Shown in pieces: positions 52,880 through 64,000 of a stretch of 64,000 nucleotides of DNA (positions are counted from its first letter, which is position 1; every line of letters starts with the position of its first letter). This stretch comes from Eledone cirrhosa (lineage: Eukaryota): NCBI GenBank assembly GCA_964016885.1, contig OZ024743.1, forward strand, positions 317,440,001 through 317,504,000, given 5' to 3'. The notes under the pieces are model-generated. The model was not told the origin of the DNA, did not search any database, and saw nothing but the letters and a program-made list of their open reading frames with translations. Both the position numbers and the translations under genes were made by a program.

Positions 52880-53968
52880 ACCGCCATCATTATCACCACC
52901 ACCACCATCATTATCACTACCACCACCACTGTCATCATTATCACCACCACCACCACCACCACCATCATTATCACCACTACTACCACCACCACCACCATCC
53001 TCATTATCACCACCGCCAGCACCGTCATCATTATCACCACCACCACCACCACCACCAGCATTATCACCACCACCACCACCACCACCATCATTATCACCAC
53101 CACCACCAGCACCGTCGTCATTATCACCACCACCACCAGCACCGTCATCATTATCAGCACCACCACGACCACCATCATTATCACCACCACCACCACCACC
53201 ACCACCATCATTATCAGCACCACCACGACCACCATCATTATCACCACCACCACCACCGTCATCATTATCACCAGCACCACCAGCACCATCATCATTATTA
53301 CCACCACCACCAGCACCGTCATCATTATCATCACCACCACCACCACCATCATTATCACCACCACCACCACCACCACCACCACCATCATTATCACCACCAC
53401 CACCAGCACCGTCATCATTATCACCACCACCACCAGCACCGTCATCATTATCATCACCACCACCACCACCATCATTATCACCACCACCACCACCACCACC
53501 ACCACCATCATTATCACCACCACCACCACCACCGTCATCATTATCACCAGCACCACCAGCACCATCATCATTATCACCACCACCACCAGCACCGTTGTCA
53601 TTATCACCACCACCACCACCGTCATCATTATCACCAGCACCACCACCACCACCATCATTATCACCACCACCACCACCACCACGACCACCATCATTATCAC
53701 CAGCACCACCAGCACCGTCATCATTATCACCACCACCACCACCACCATCATTATCACCACCACCACCACCATCATTATCACCACCACCACCAGCACCGTC
53801 GTCATTATCACCACCACCACCACCACCACCACCGTCATCATTATCACCACCACCGTGATCATTGTCACCACCACCACCACCGTCATCATTATCACCACCA
53901 CCGTCATCATTGTCACCACCACCACCACCACCGTCATCATTACCACCACCATCATCATCATCATCACC
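52880..53968. repeat. Compound trinucleotide (CAC/CAT) array
   Basis: Units catcattatcac(cac)n with cag and cgt variants. Confidence 0.95.
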
Positions 53969-54044
53969 CAAATCAATTAACACTACTGAAATAATTCGCA
54001 TGGTGATGATGCTGGTGTTGTTGACTTTCTTTAGAAATCAACTT

Positions 54045-57000
54045 CATCATCATCATCATAACTACCACCACCACCACCATCACCAACAACAACAACATCA
54101 CTATTATCACCATCACATCCAACACCACAACCACCAACATCACTTCCATCACCAACAACAACAACAACATCACTATTAACACCATCACATCCAACACCAC
54201 TACCACCAACATCACTTCCATTATCACCAACAACAACAACATCACTATTATCACCATCACATCCAACACCACAACCACCAACATCACTTCCATTATCACC
54301 AACAACAACAACATCACTATTATCACCATCACATCCAACACCACAACCACCAACATCACTTCCATTCTCACCAACAACAACAACATCACTATTAACACCA
54401 TCACATCCAACACCCCAACCACCAACATCACTTCCATTATCACCAACAACAACAACATCACTATTATCACCATCACATCCAACACCACAACCACCAACAT
54501 CACTTCCATCACCAACAACAACAACAACATCACTATTATCACCATCACATCCAACACCACAACCACCAACATCACTTCCATTCTCACCAACAACAACAAC
54601 ATCACTATTATCACCATCACATCCAACACCACTACCACCAACATCACTTCCATTCTCACCAACAACAACAACATCACTATTATCACCATCACATCCAACA
54701 CCACAACCACCAACATCACTTCCATTATCACCAACAACAACAACATCACTATTATCACCATCACATCCAACACCACAACCACCAACATCACTTCTATCAT
54801 CAACAACAACAACATCACTATTATCACCATCACATCCAACACCACTACCACCAACATCACTTCCATTATCACCAACAACAACAACAACAACATCACTATT
54901 ATCACCATCACATCCAACACCACAACCACCAACATCACTTCTATCATCACCAACAACAACAACATCACTATTAACACCATCACTTCCAACAACAACAACA
55001 ACATCACTATTATCACCATCACATCCAACACCACAACCACCAACATCACTTCCATCACCAACAACAACAACATCACTATTATCACCATCACATCCAACAC
55101 CACAACCACCAACATCACTTCCATTATCACCAACAACAACAACATCACTATTAACACCATCACTTCCATCACCAACAACAACATCACTATTATCACCATC
55201 ACATCCAACACCACAACCACCAACATCACTTCCATTATCACCAACAACAACATCACTATTATCACCATCACATCCAACACCACAACCACCAACATCACTT
55301 CCATTATCACCACCAACAACATCACTATTATCACCATCACATCCAACACCACAACCACCAACATCACTTCCATCACCAACAACAACAACATCACTATTAT
55401 CACCATCACATCCAACACCACAACCACCAACATCACTTCCATTATCACCACCAACAACATCACTATTATCACCATCACATCCAACACCACAACCACCAAC
55501 ATCACTTCCATCACCAACAACAACAACATCACTATTATCACCATCACATCCAACACCACTACCACCAACATCACTTCCATTATCACCAACAACAACAACA
55601 TCACTATTAACACCATCACATCCAACACCACTACCACCAACATCACTTCCATTATCACCAACAACAACAACATCACTATTATCACCATCACATCCAACAC
55701 CACAACCACCAACATCACTTCCATTCTCACCAACAACAACAACATCACTATTAACACCATCACATCCAACACCACTACCACCAACATCACTTCCATTATC
55801 ACCAACAACAACAACATCACTATTATCACCATCACATCCAACACCACTACCACCAACATCACTTCCATTATCACCAACAACAACAACATCACTATTATCA
55901 CCATCACATCCAACACCACAACCACCAACATCACTTCCATTATCACCAACAACAACAACATCACTATTAACACCATCACATCCAACACCACAACCACCAA
56001 CATCACTTCCATTATCACCAACAACAACAACATCACTATTATCACCATCACATCCAACACCACAACCACCAACATCACTTCCATTCTCACCAACAACAAC
56101 AACATCACTATTAACACCATCACATCCAACACCACAACCACCAACATCACTTCCATTCTCACCAACAACAACAACATCACTATTAACACCATCACATCCA
56201 ACACCACTACCACCAACATCACTTCCATTATCACCAACAACAACAACATCACTATTATCACCATCACATCCAACACCACTACCACCAACATCACTTCCAT
56301 TATCACCAACAACAACAACATCACTATTATCACCATCACATCCAACACCACAACCACCAACATCACTTCCATTATCACCAACAACAACAACATCACTATT
56401 AACACCATCACATCCAACACCACAACCACCAACATCACTTCCATTATCACCAACAACAACAACATCACTATTATCACCATCACATCCAACACCACAACCA
56501 CCAACATCACTTCCATTCTCACCAACAACAACAACATCACTATTAACACCATCACATCCAACACCACAACCACCAACATCACTTCCATTCTCACCAACAA
56601 CAACAACATCACTATTAACACCATCACATCCAACACCACAACCACCAACATCACTTCCATTATCACCAACAACAACAACATCACTATTAACACCATCACT
56701 TCCATCACCAACAACAACAACATCACTATTAACACCATCACTTCCATCACCAACAACAACAACATCACTATTAACACCATCACATCCAACACCCCAACCA
56801 CCAACATCATTTCCATTCTCACCAACAACAACAACATCACTATTAACACCATCACATCCAACACCCCAACCACCAACATCACTTCCATTCTCACCAACAA
56901 CAACAACATCACTATTAACACCATCACATCCAACACCCCAACCACCAACATCACTTCCATTCTCACCAACAACAACAACATCACTATTAACACCATCACA

Positions 57001-57180
57001 TCCAACACCACAACCACCAACATCACTTCCATTATCACCAACAACAACAACATCACTATTAACACCATCACATCCAACACCTCCAGCACCAGCAGCACCA
57101 CCACCACCACCACCACCACCACCAACAACAACAACAAAAACAATATCATCATCACCACCACCCCTCAACAACAACAACAT
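54045..57180. repeat. 72-bp tandem array (~43 copies) built from CAA/CAC/CAT triplets
   Basis: Unit acatcactattatcaccatcacatccaacaccacaaccaccaacatcacttccattatcaccaacaacaaca. Variants differ by multiples of 3 nt. Confidence 0.96.
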
Positions 57181-57737
57181 TATTATTTCAGTAGTCTTAT
57201 GTCTATTACATGCTTTCAGTGTGCAACCAAATACAGCTGTATGCCTTGTGTACAAGAAATGCTGAGGTTTGCCTGTGTATGTGTGTGTATGTATGTATGT
57301 GTGCACATGTGTATATATAAATATATATGTATGTGCCTGTATGTGTTTGTGTGTATGTCTGTGTATATATGAATATGTATATGTGTGAATATATTTTCAC
57401 AGTAATAGATGTGCAATGGTTAGTTAGTTAATGCTATTTTATGTATGTGTACGTGTGTGCATGTATGTGTGTATATATGTGTGTGTGTGTGTGTGTGTAT
57501 GTGCATGTCTGTGTATATATGTATATGTATATGTGTGTATATATCTTCACAGTAATAAATGTGCAGTAATGCTATTTTTCTTGGTTTATGTAGGTCTACA
57601 TTTTTCATTTATGTAACGATGAATATGATTTTATTTAAATAGTAGTTATCAAATTATATAATGTTTATTATTGTTTACAAAAGGAACAAATGGGTTTAAA
57701 AAACTCAACAAGGCAAACAATTTGAAACCATACACAC

Positions 57738-57888
57738 TCAATTATTGCATATGACAACAGTAATGTTGGTGTTGCCTTTTCTTGTCATTTTTGGTATTAC
57801 TGTGATTGATTCCTTCTCTTTATCTCTTCTCACTTCTCCGTCTAGAATACCTGATAGTCCCTGTAACCTTTCACTAAAATTCCTTAGA
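57738..57888 (-). CDS. Putative terminal exon of an unidentified upstream gene: LRNFSERLQGLSGILDGEVRRDKEKESITVIPKMTRKGNTNITVVICNN*
   Basis: Pyrimidine tract tgtattttcc, then AG at 57889-57890. The frame opens right after the AG (in-frame TGA just upstream) and gives non-repetitive, protein-like sequence. Minus-strand AATAAA signals lie downstream near 57665, 57630 and 52490. Confidence 0.4.
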
Positions 57889-58338
57889 CTTCATTGGAAA
57901 ATACATAATTAAATAATACATTATATTTACTCTTAAATTAAGAATATAATATTCAAATGAAACAACAACAAAAAAGGAAAGGAAAGAAGACACATTATGA
58001 AGGTTATTTTTTTTTTTTGTATCTCACATGCATGCACATACACAAAAACAAGAGCTGTAAAAAGGGCAGATGAATTCCTCAAAGTCAACAACCACTCACC
58101 CCAACTGAGTTAACTAACCTCACCAACCTGTAATTGGCCAAGCATAGTGAGTGCGGCTACACCCCTGAAGACATGACCAAGACCAAACAGAAAGCAGTGG
58201 GGATCAACAAGAGAAGGGTTCCTCAGACAGGAGTGAGGAGGCCCTGGATTGAATTGGTTTGAAATAAATGCAAAGACCAGAATCGAATGAGGGCTTGGTA
58301 AAAGTCATCTATATATAATATATTTATTTTTACACAAC

Positions 58339-58681
58339 ATCATCATCATCATCATTTTACGTCCGCTTTTCCCTGCTTGCAAGGGTGGGACGGGAACTGA
58401 TTCTGGCTTGATTTCTACAGCTGGATGCCTTTCCTAACACCAACCTCATTCACAGTGAGTGCTGGGTGCTTTTTTGCCGTGGCACCTCCACGACCACTTT
58501 GCAGTAGAAATGAGATGATAGGGAACCTAGTCCCTATCATCTCATTTCTACAGGTGAGTAAACTGGAGCAATGTGAAATAAAGTGTCTTGCTCAAGGAAA
58601 CAACACATCACTCGGTCTGAGAATTGAACTCACAACCTTTCGATTGCAAAGCCAATGCTCTAACCACTAAGCCATGTGCCT
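58339..58681 (-). mobile_element. Full-length tRNA-derived SINE family 2 with RTE family B tail (other copies 11605-11880 +, 14840-15110 -; related heads 23820-24055, 29530-29800, 52270-52420)
   Basis: A box tggcttagtgg, B box gagttcaattc, conserved gtttccttgagcaagacacttta core. The last ~50 nt are identical to RTE family B 61540-61595. Confidence 0.85.
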
Positions 58682-58756
58682 CTCTCTCTCTATATATATA
58701 TATACACACACACACAAAGTGTTAAAACGATCAAATTTTAGTTTAGAACATTTATT

Positions 58757-58803
58757 AGCTGACAATTGTTTCTTTCAGAGGGAAGTCTCGATCCATCGGA
58801 GCA
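58757..58803 (-). ncRNA. Degenerate hammerhead motif at the end of a decayed Penelope-like fragment
   Basis: GCT-CCGATGG-...-GAAAC AATT GTC-AGC-taataaa. The 3' half is canonical; the 5' core and stem II are degraded. Confidence 0.4.
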
Positions 58804-59753
58804 TAAGGAATGTCGAAACATGTAACTAAAATCCTAGTCATTTAGAACATTTAGGGTACATAATTGTTATTAGTGTCAAAGGCATCATGTGGAGAGTCAG
58901 GAGTTAAAAAGATGTTCTGCTTGAAAGAACACAATTACAGGCAGCACTGGTTGGAAGTGTAATAGGTATAAGTAAAAAGCACAAGCAGAAAAAAACACAG
59001 GCAAAAAAGTTATAAGCAAGGAAAATGGGTGTACAATGCAGGAGTCAATACAGTTAATAAGGCATGTATGAGGAAAGAGTTATAATGCAGTTGAAATAAA
59101 CATATTTTGTGTGGGGTGTTAAAGCATGTTATAATTGTTATAAATGTTTAAGATAGTGTGCAATTTGTTAGAGAGGCATGTGGTGATGATGTAGGTATTT
59201 GTTATGTAAGGTGTAATGCAAAGCATATGATAGAGTTGGGTATGTGATTTTCATTTAAGTGTTTTTGTATTGTAGTTCGTATGTATGTGTATATGTTGTT
59301 TGTTACTCGCAGCTATTAACCATGGGATTATTTTGAGTCATTTATAGTCAATAGGTGTTTGTTTGTTAAATGTAAATACCGCTGAATTATTGGCCATGTT
59401 GTTATTTTAGGTATATTATTTTATGCATTTTTTATCAACAAATTATCTTTTCTAGGGTTTGTATTAACCGTTATTAAGCTGGTGGTGAACCGTTATGTTG
59501 CTCAGTTTTATAAGTTTACACAGGAAGTCGTAAAAGGGGTTAATAACAAAGGGAGGTAATTAAGGTTGTTGATAAATTAAGGGTTTTAATATTGTGGTAG
59601 TGTTATAAATTAATCTTTATAGAGTATATAAAATATAAAATATTATTGGTTATATAATTGTTATCTTTTAAACTTGTGTGGAGGGGGTTAAAAACATTTT
59701 TTTTTATTTAGTTTATTATAACTAGATAGTTTTTACATAGTTAGTATATTATA

Positions 59754-60470
59754 GTAGAATAATCGAGTATCGAAAAATCGGCGCACGAGTTCACGATAAA
59801 CAAAATTCGAAATGAGCGACAGAGGGCTCAATAATTCAGATAAATCAGAGCTATAACTATCGTTAAAATACCGTCACACATAGAACAAGTCTATAATCAA
59901 CCGTACGACCGAAAAATTGCGATCTGGAAGATTCGGGACATTCAGAAAAAATATCAATAAATCAATAAATCAAATGAATGTAAAAAGCATACCCGGACCC
60001 GCTAGAAAGATGGTAAATCTAGCTTCTTGGGTTTCTGTAAATCCTTAAACTGCCCTCTATCAGCTCACATAAAAATATATGAGACTTCTCGAAGCCAGCG
60101 GACGGGAAATTTACTTCCTCAACGAGCCTTTGTCCGAACGAATGAAAAGGCATAACCCAGGCTGAAGAAACGCACATGTAATTCAGCAAGGGAGATAACC
60201 TCTACATCCGCAAAAAATATTCGGGAAAATGTGGAAATACACATACCGAATAAGAGTGCTCAATAGACATGTTAAAATAAACAGGAGCTATTCATCATTT
60301 AATAGAATCGACAAAAAATGAACAATAAAATTAACTGGTCAATAGCTAGGTCTAGAGCTAAATATAGTAGAATAATCGAGTATCGAAAAATCGGCGCACG
60401 AGTTCACGATAAACAAAATTCGAAATGAGCGGCAGAGGGCTCAATAATTCAGATAAATCAGAGCTATAAC
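59754..60470. mobile_element. Small non-coding insertion with ~105-bp direct terminal repeats and a 13-bp flanking duplication
   Basis: Repeats at ~59754-59859 and ~60367-60471 differ by one base. ttagtatattata occurs at 59741-59753 and 60471-60483. Confidence 0.7.
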
Positions 60471-60737
60471 TTAGTATATTATATATAATTGTTTCTACTT
60501 TTGGCACAAGGCCAGTAATTATCCAGTGCATTACTGGTACTTTATTTTATCAACCCTGTAAGGATGAAAGGCAAAGTTAACCTCGGCGGGATTTGAACTC
60601 AACACATATGTGAGAATGCATATCTATATACATATATACACACACATATGTATATACACATGTCTATATACATATGTGTGTGTGTGTGTATATATGTATA
60701 TATATATGCATTCTCACATATGTGTCTACACAATCTG

Positions 60738-60781
<44 letters not shown>

Positions 60782-60786
60782 CATAA

Positions 60787-61602
60787 AAAGGAACTGGCAT
60801 AAATTCTATAAAATGCACACAATGCAGATCCTGGGTACACAAGAGATGTAGCGGGATAGCAGGCAAACTAACAGGTAGGGAGAAATATGTATGCAGTAGA
60901 TGTACAGGGAAATTAGACAGTAGAAGTCGCATTGATAGACACATTTTTCAAATGCAAGAGGGCGCTATAGAAGTGGTGGATAGCTTCCGGTACCTAGGTG
61001 ATCAGATTAGCATGGGAGGAGGGTGTTCCGAGGCCATAGTATCTAGAATAAGGACGGGTTGGAAGAAGTTTAGGGAGCTGCTTCCTCTGTTGACGAAGAA
61101 GGGTTTCTCCCTGCGTACGAAAGGCCGGTTGTATGATGCCTGTGTGAGGAGCGCGATGCTGTATGGTAGTGAGACATGGGCAGCAACTGCAGAGGATATG
61201 CGACGGCTGGAGAGAAATGAGGCAAGCATGCTCCGTTGGATGTGCAGTGTAAATGTGCGTGAACGACCCAGTATAAATGTGTTGAGAGAGAAACTGTGTC
61301 TGAGAGGGATAGAATGTAGTGTACGGGAGAGGAGACTGAGGTGGTATGGACATGTGATGCGCATGGAGGATGACCGATGGGTGAAGAAGTGCCAGGAATT
61401 GCCAGTTGAAGGAAGACGTGGTAGAGGTAGACCACGAAAAACATGGGCGGAGGTGGTGAGAACAGACCTCAGATCATTGAAGCTCACGGTGGAGATGACG
61501 AAGGACCGTGACGAGTGGAGAGATGCTGTGCTGAATAAGACCCGTCCCACCCTTGCAAGCAGGGAAAAGCGGACGTAAAATGATGATGATGATGATGATG
61601 AT
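60787..61602 (+). mobile_element. 5'-truncated RTE LINE family B with intact frame, including part of a PHD-like Cys/His finger
   Basis: Frame is open from 60787: KGTGINSIKCTQCRSWVHKRCSGIAGKLTGREKYVCSRC...FRYLG...MLYGSETW...GRPRKTW, then a (GAT)n tail. Confidence 0.92.
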
Positions 61603-61604
61603 AC

Positions 61605-63765
61605 ATACATACAGATTGTGTAGAGATAGTTGAAGTTTTTTATGACAGGATAGTGAGTTGCATAATATATACTGGAGTAATTGGAGTTATATACACAGTT
61701 GTCTGCTATTTCGTTGGTGTTGTATATTGAGAGTTTATTAGAGTATCTATATTATTTAAATCTTTTAATTGTATAAGGCAAAAGATCAAACAGGGGTTTA
61801 TTGACTGTATGTAGGTCAGTGTGTTCTTTTAATTAAGGTGTAGTCCTATATTCATGAAGGTCTAGTTGGATAAATTAAAATTAAAAGGTGGTGGTCTAGT
61901 GTTATCTCCGACATTGGTCTTTATTATTATTATTATTAGTTACCAGGTTTGAAGTAGCGGAACGAGAATCTATGGTAATGTGGACACGTGTAGAAGATCT
62001 CTGATTTCCTATTTAGTAGGCTAAGGTTAGAGTGAATAATATTTTTAGACTCGAGGATGCAAAGGTTACAAAATTTGTTAGGTGGTCTATATGAAGGGGC
62101 CTTAGCTATCACTTCCCATTTTAAGGTGTATGGTATGTTACTTGATTTTAATGAGTGTATGTATGTGGATAGTGAGGTTACGTTGCTAAGTTTAGGATTT
62201 CTGAACGAATGAAGGTGTGAATTATATCTGGTCTTAAAGCTATTCGATGTTGAGCCTATATATACTTTCGAGATGTGATTAGCGGTTACAGTACCGGAGT
62301 AGACAATGTATTTAATTAGGCAGTTATTATTTAATAGGCATGTCTTGTTAGGCCTACAATTACAAATGTTTTGGTAACTAATACTGGTTAAGGGGTATGC
62401 ATTTGAGTGGTTGTTTCTGTTTCTACTTCTAGTATTATGATTATGGTGAGTATTATTATTATTGGTATTATTAGTGTGATTTGCTGTATGGTCTTGTACT
62501 GTCTTATTGTTCAGGTTATCTCTATGCTGGACATTATTACTTTGGTGTAATTTGAAGTACTTTTTAATCTTTCTCTTGTAGGTGCTGGCTATATGGTCTG
62601 CTATGTTAGGTGTGGTGGAGTAGGATATTTTAATTGTGTTTTTGTTAAATAGGTTGTGGTATTTATGGTTAGTTGGGAAGTTTTTGTCTAGAGTAGAGAA
62701 GAAAGCTTTAGGTATGTTTGTTGATACATTTAAGTTGAACGGAGGGTTAAAAAGTGTTACTTCTTCTATTCTTCTTATGGTTGTTATTCATACTACTGTT
62801 TAGTGTGGTGTTAGGTTCTTTTTTATCTATATTTTTCTTTCTGAGGTGTTTCTTAGGATTATTGCTGTGGTGTGATTTAGCTTTTTTTATGGTGCCCTTT
62901 GTATAGGAGTTAGGATTTTCAATACTATGATCATATTTACTTTTATTCATGACCATGTTGTGTGAAATTATATTAGATTGTCTATGGGTAGTTGACGATT
63001 TAGGTTTAAATTTAATTTTATCTCTATGGCCGGAACGGGCTAAGGCTTCATTATAGTATTGGGAGTTATGATTAAATGTATTCTCGTTGTAAGAAAGGCT
63101 AGAGATTCTATTAGATACCCCTTTAATGATTGAGGTCAGTACAGATTTAGGGTGGTTAGAGTTGGTATTTTCATTAGGTTTATGATAAGGTGTGTGTATT
63201 TTAGAGTCTAAGTAGAGAGTGACGTCCAGGAAGTTAACATTTTTGGTGTTTTAATCTAAAGTGATACTCAAGTTATAATTTTTAAATATTTTATGTAATT
63301 GTTTTCTAGTTTATATTGAACTTTTTATAGTCTAAGAGGAAAAGTGCGTCGTCTCGGTAGAGGCCACTGTTGAGGTAAGGTAGGTTCTTGTGTATTTCGT
63401 TTAAGAGAAATAGACCGAGTAAGTCGATTTCTTGTGCCGAGTCACTAGATCCCATAGTGATATCGAAGTTGTTGGGTGTATTCTTGCAGGTCCATAGCTG
63501 GTCTTCAAATTTAATTATTGTTTTCCTGGCCGCAAGGATTATATCCACCTGAAATCTAGTTAGTTCACTATTGTTCATGGCCATTATTAATGCTTTATTT
63601 AGGAGGATAGGTGAAATAGAGGTGTAGTAGGAGTTTATATCAAATTGGATGAATTTATTATTATTATTTTCATTAATACCATTAAACCATTCGATTATTT
63701 CACTAGTGTTTCTCCAGAGGTATCTCGGCTCTGTAAAACACTTGAAAATTCGCATTCAGCCTTTT
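61605..63765 (-). mobile_element. Penelope-like element (RT and GIY-YIG), 5'-truncated, with stops and frameshifts
   Basis: FIQFDINSYYTSI, FDITMGSSDSA, GLYRDD, NFLDVTL, SNHP, CNC, VYIGSTSNSFKTRY, FCNLC.LE, LLNRKSE..TCPH. Confidence 0.92.
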
Positions 63766-64000
63766 GTCATGCCGGTAACCGGCTAGTACTTAGTACTACC
63801 CAACATATTTATAGCTATATCAAACATATATAAATATAAATATTCTTGTTACTATATATATATATATAGTAATAAGAATATATATAACAAAGGAATTGTA
63901 GTAAGGAACCAGATGGACCATAACGCACCAGAGTTCTTAATACTTAGGGTAGTAGAGTGGGAAATACGAAAAAGTATGACCCTGACGGCAGAGCTCAAGC

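Noticed and set aside
53973-57161. 1062-aa hydrophobic V/L/M ORF as a membrane protein
   Set aside because: It is an alternative frame of a triplet-based tandem array in which several frames are open by composition.

Overview
AT-rich, repeat-dense animal DNA. The SINE, RTE and Penelope repertoire looks like an octopod cephalopod (inference from repeat style, not a database match). One host gene is well supported: a minus-strand procollagen-lysine dioxygenase (PLOD/lysyl hydroxylase) with coding exons at 42563-42623 (signal peptide), 5425-5513 and 2032-2168, which join in frame across a ~37-kb first intron. A possible last exon of a second minus-strand gene lies at 57738-57888. The rest is RTE, CRE-like, CR1/Jockey-like and Penelope-like retroelement fragments, SINEs, a Helitron-like element, MITEs and large tandem arrays. 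Two signals stand out. First, about ten hammerhead-ribozyme motifs from several unrelated sequence families, seven of them within 11.4-16.0 kb, sit in short (TA)n-flanked, partly inverted cassettes; in one cassette the inversion junction falls exactly on the predicted self-cleavage site. Second, a ~10-kb (TA)n-GTATGA array has a spacer that is the reverse complement of its own right flank, suggesting fold-back templated expansion. Structures were folded by eye. Most long ORFs in the ORF track are low-complexity artefacts.
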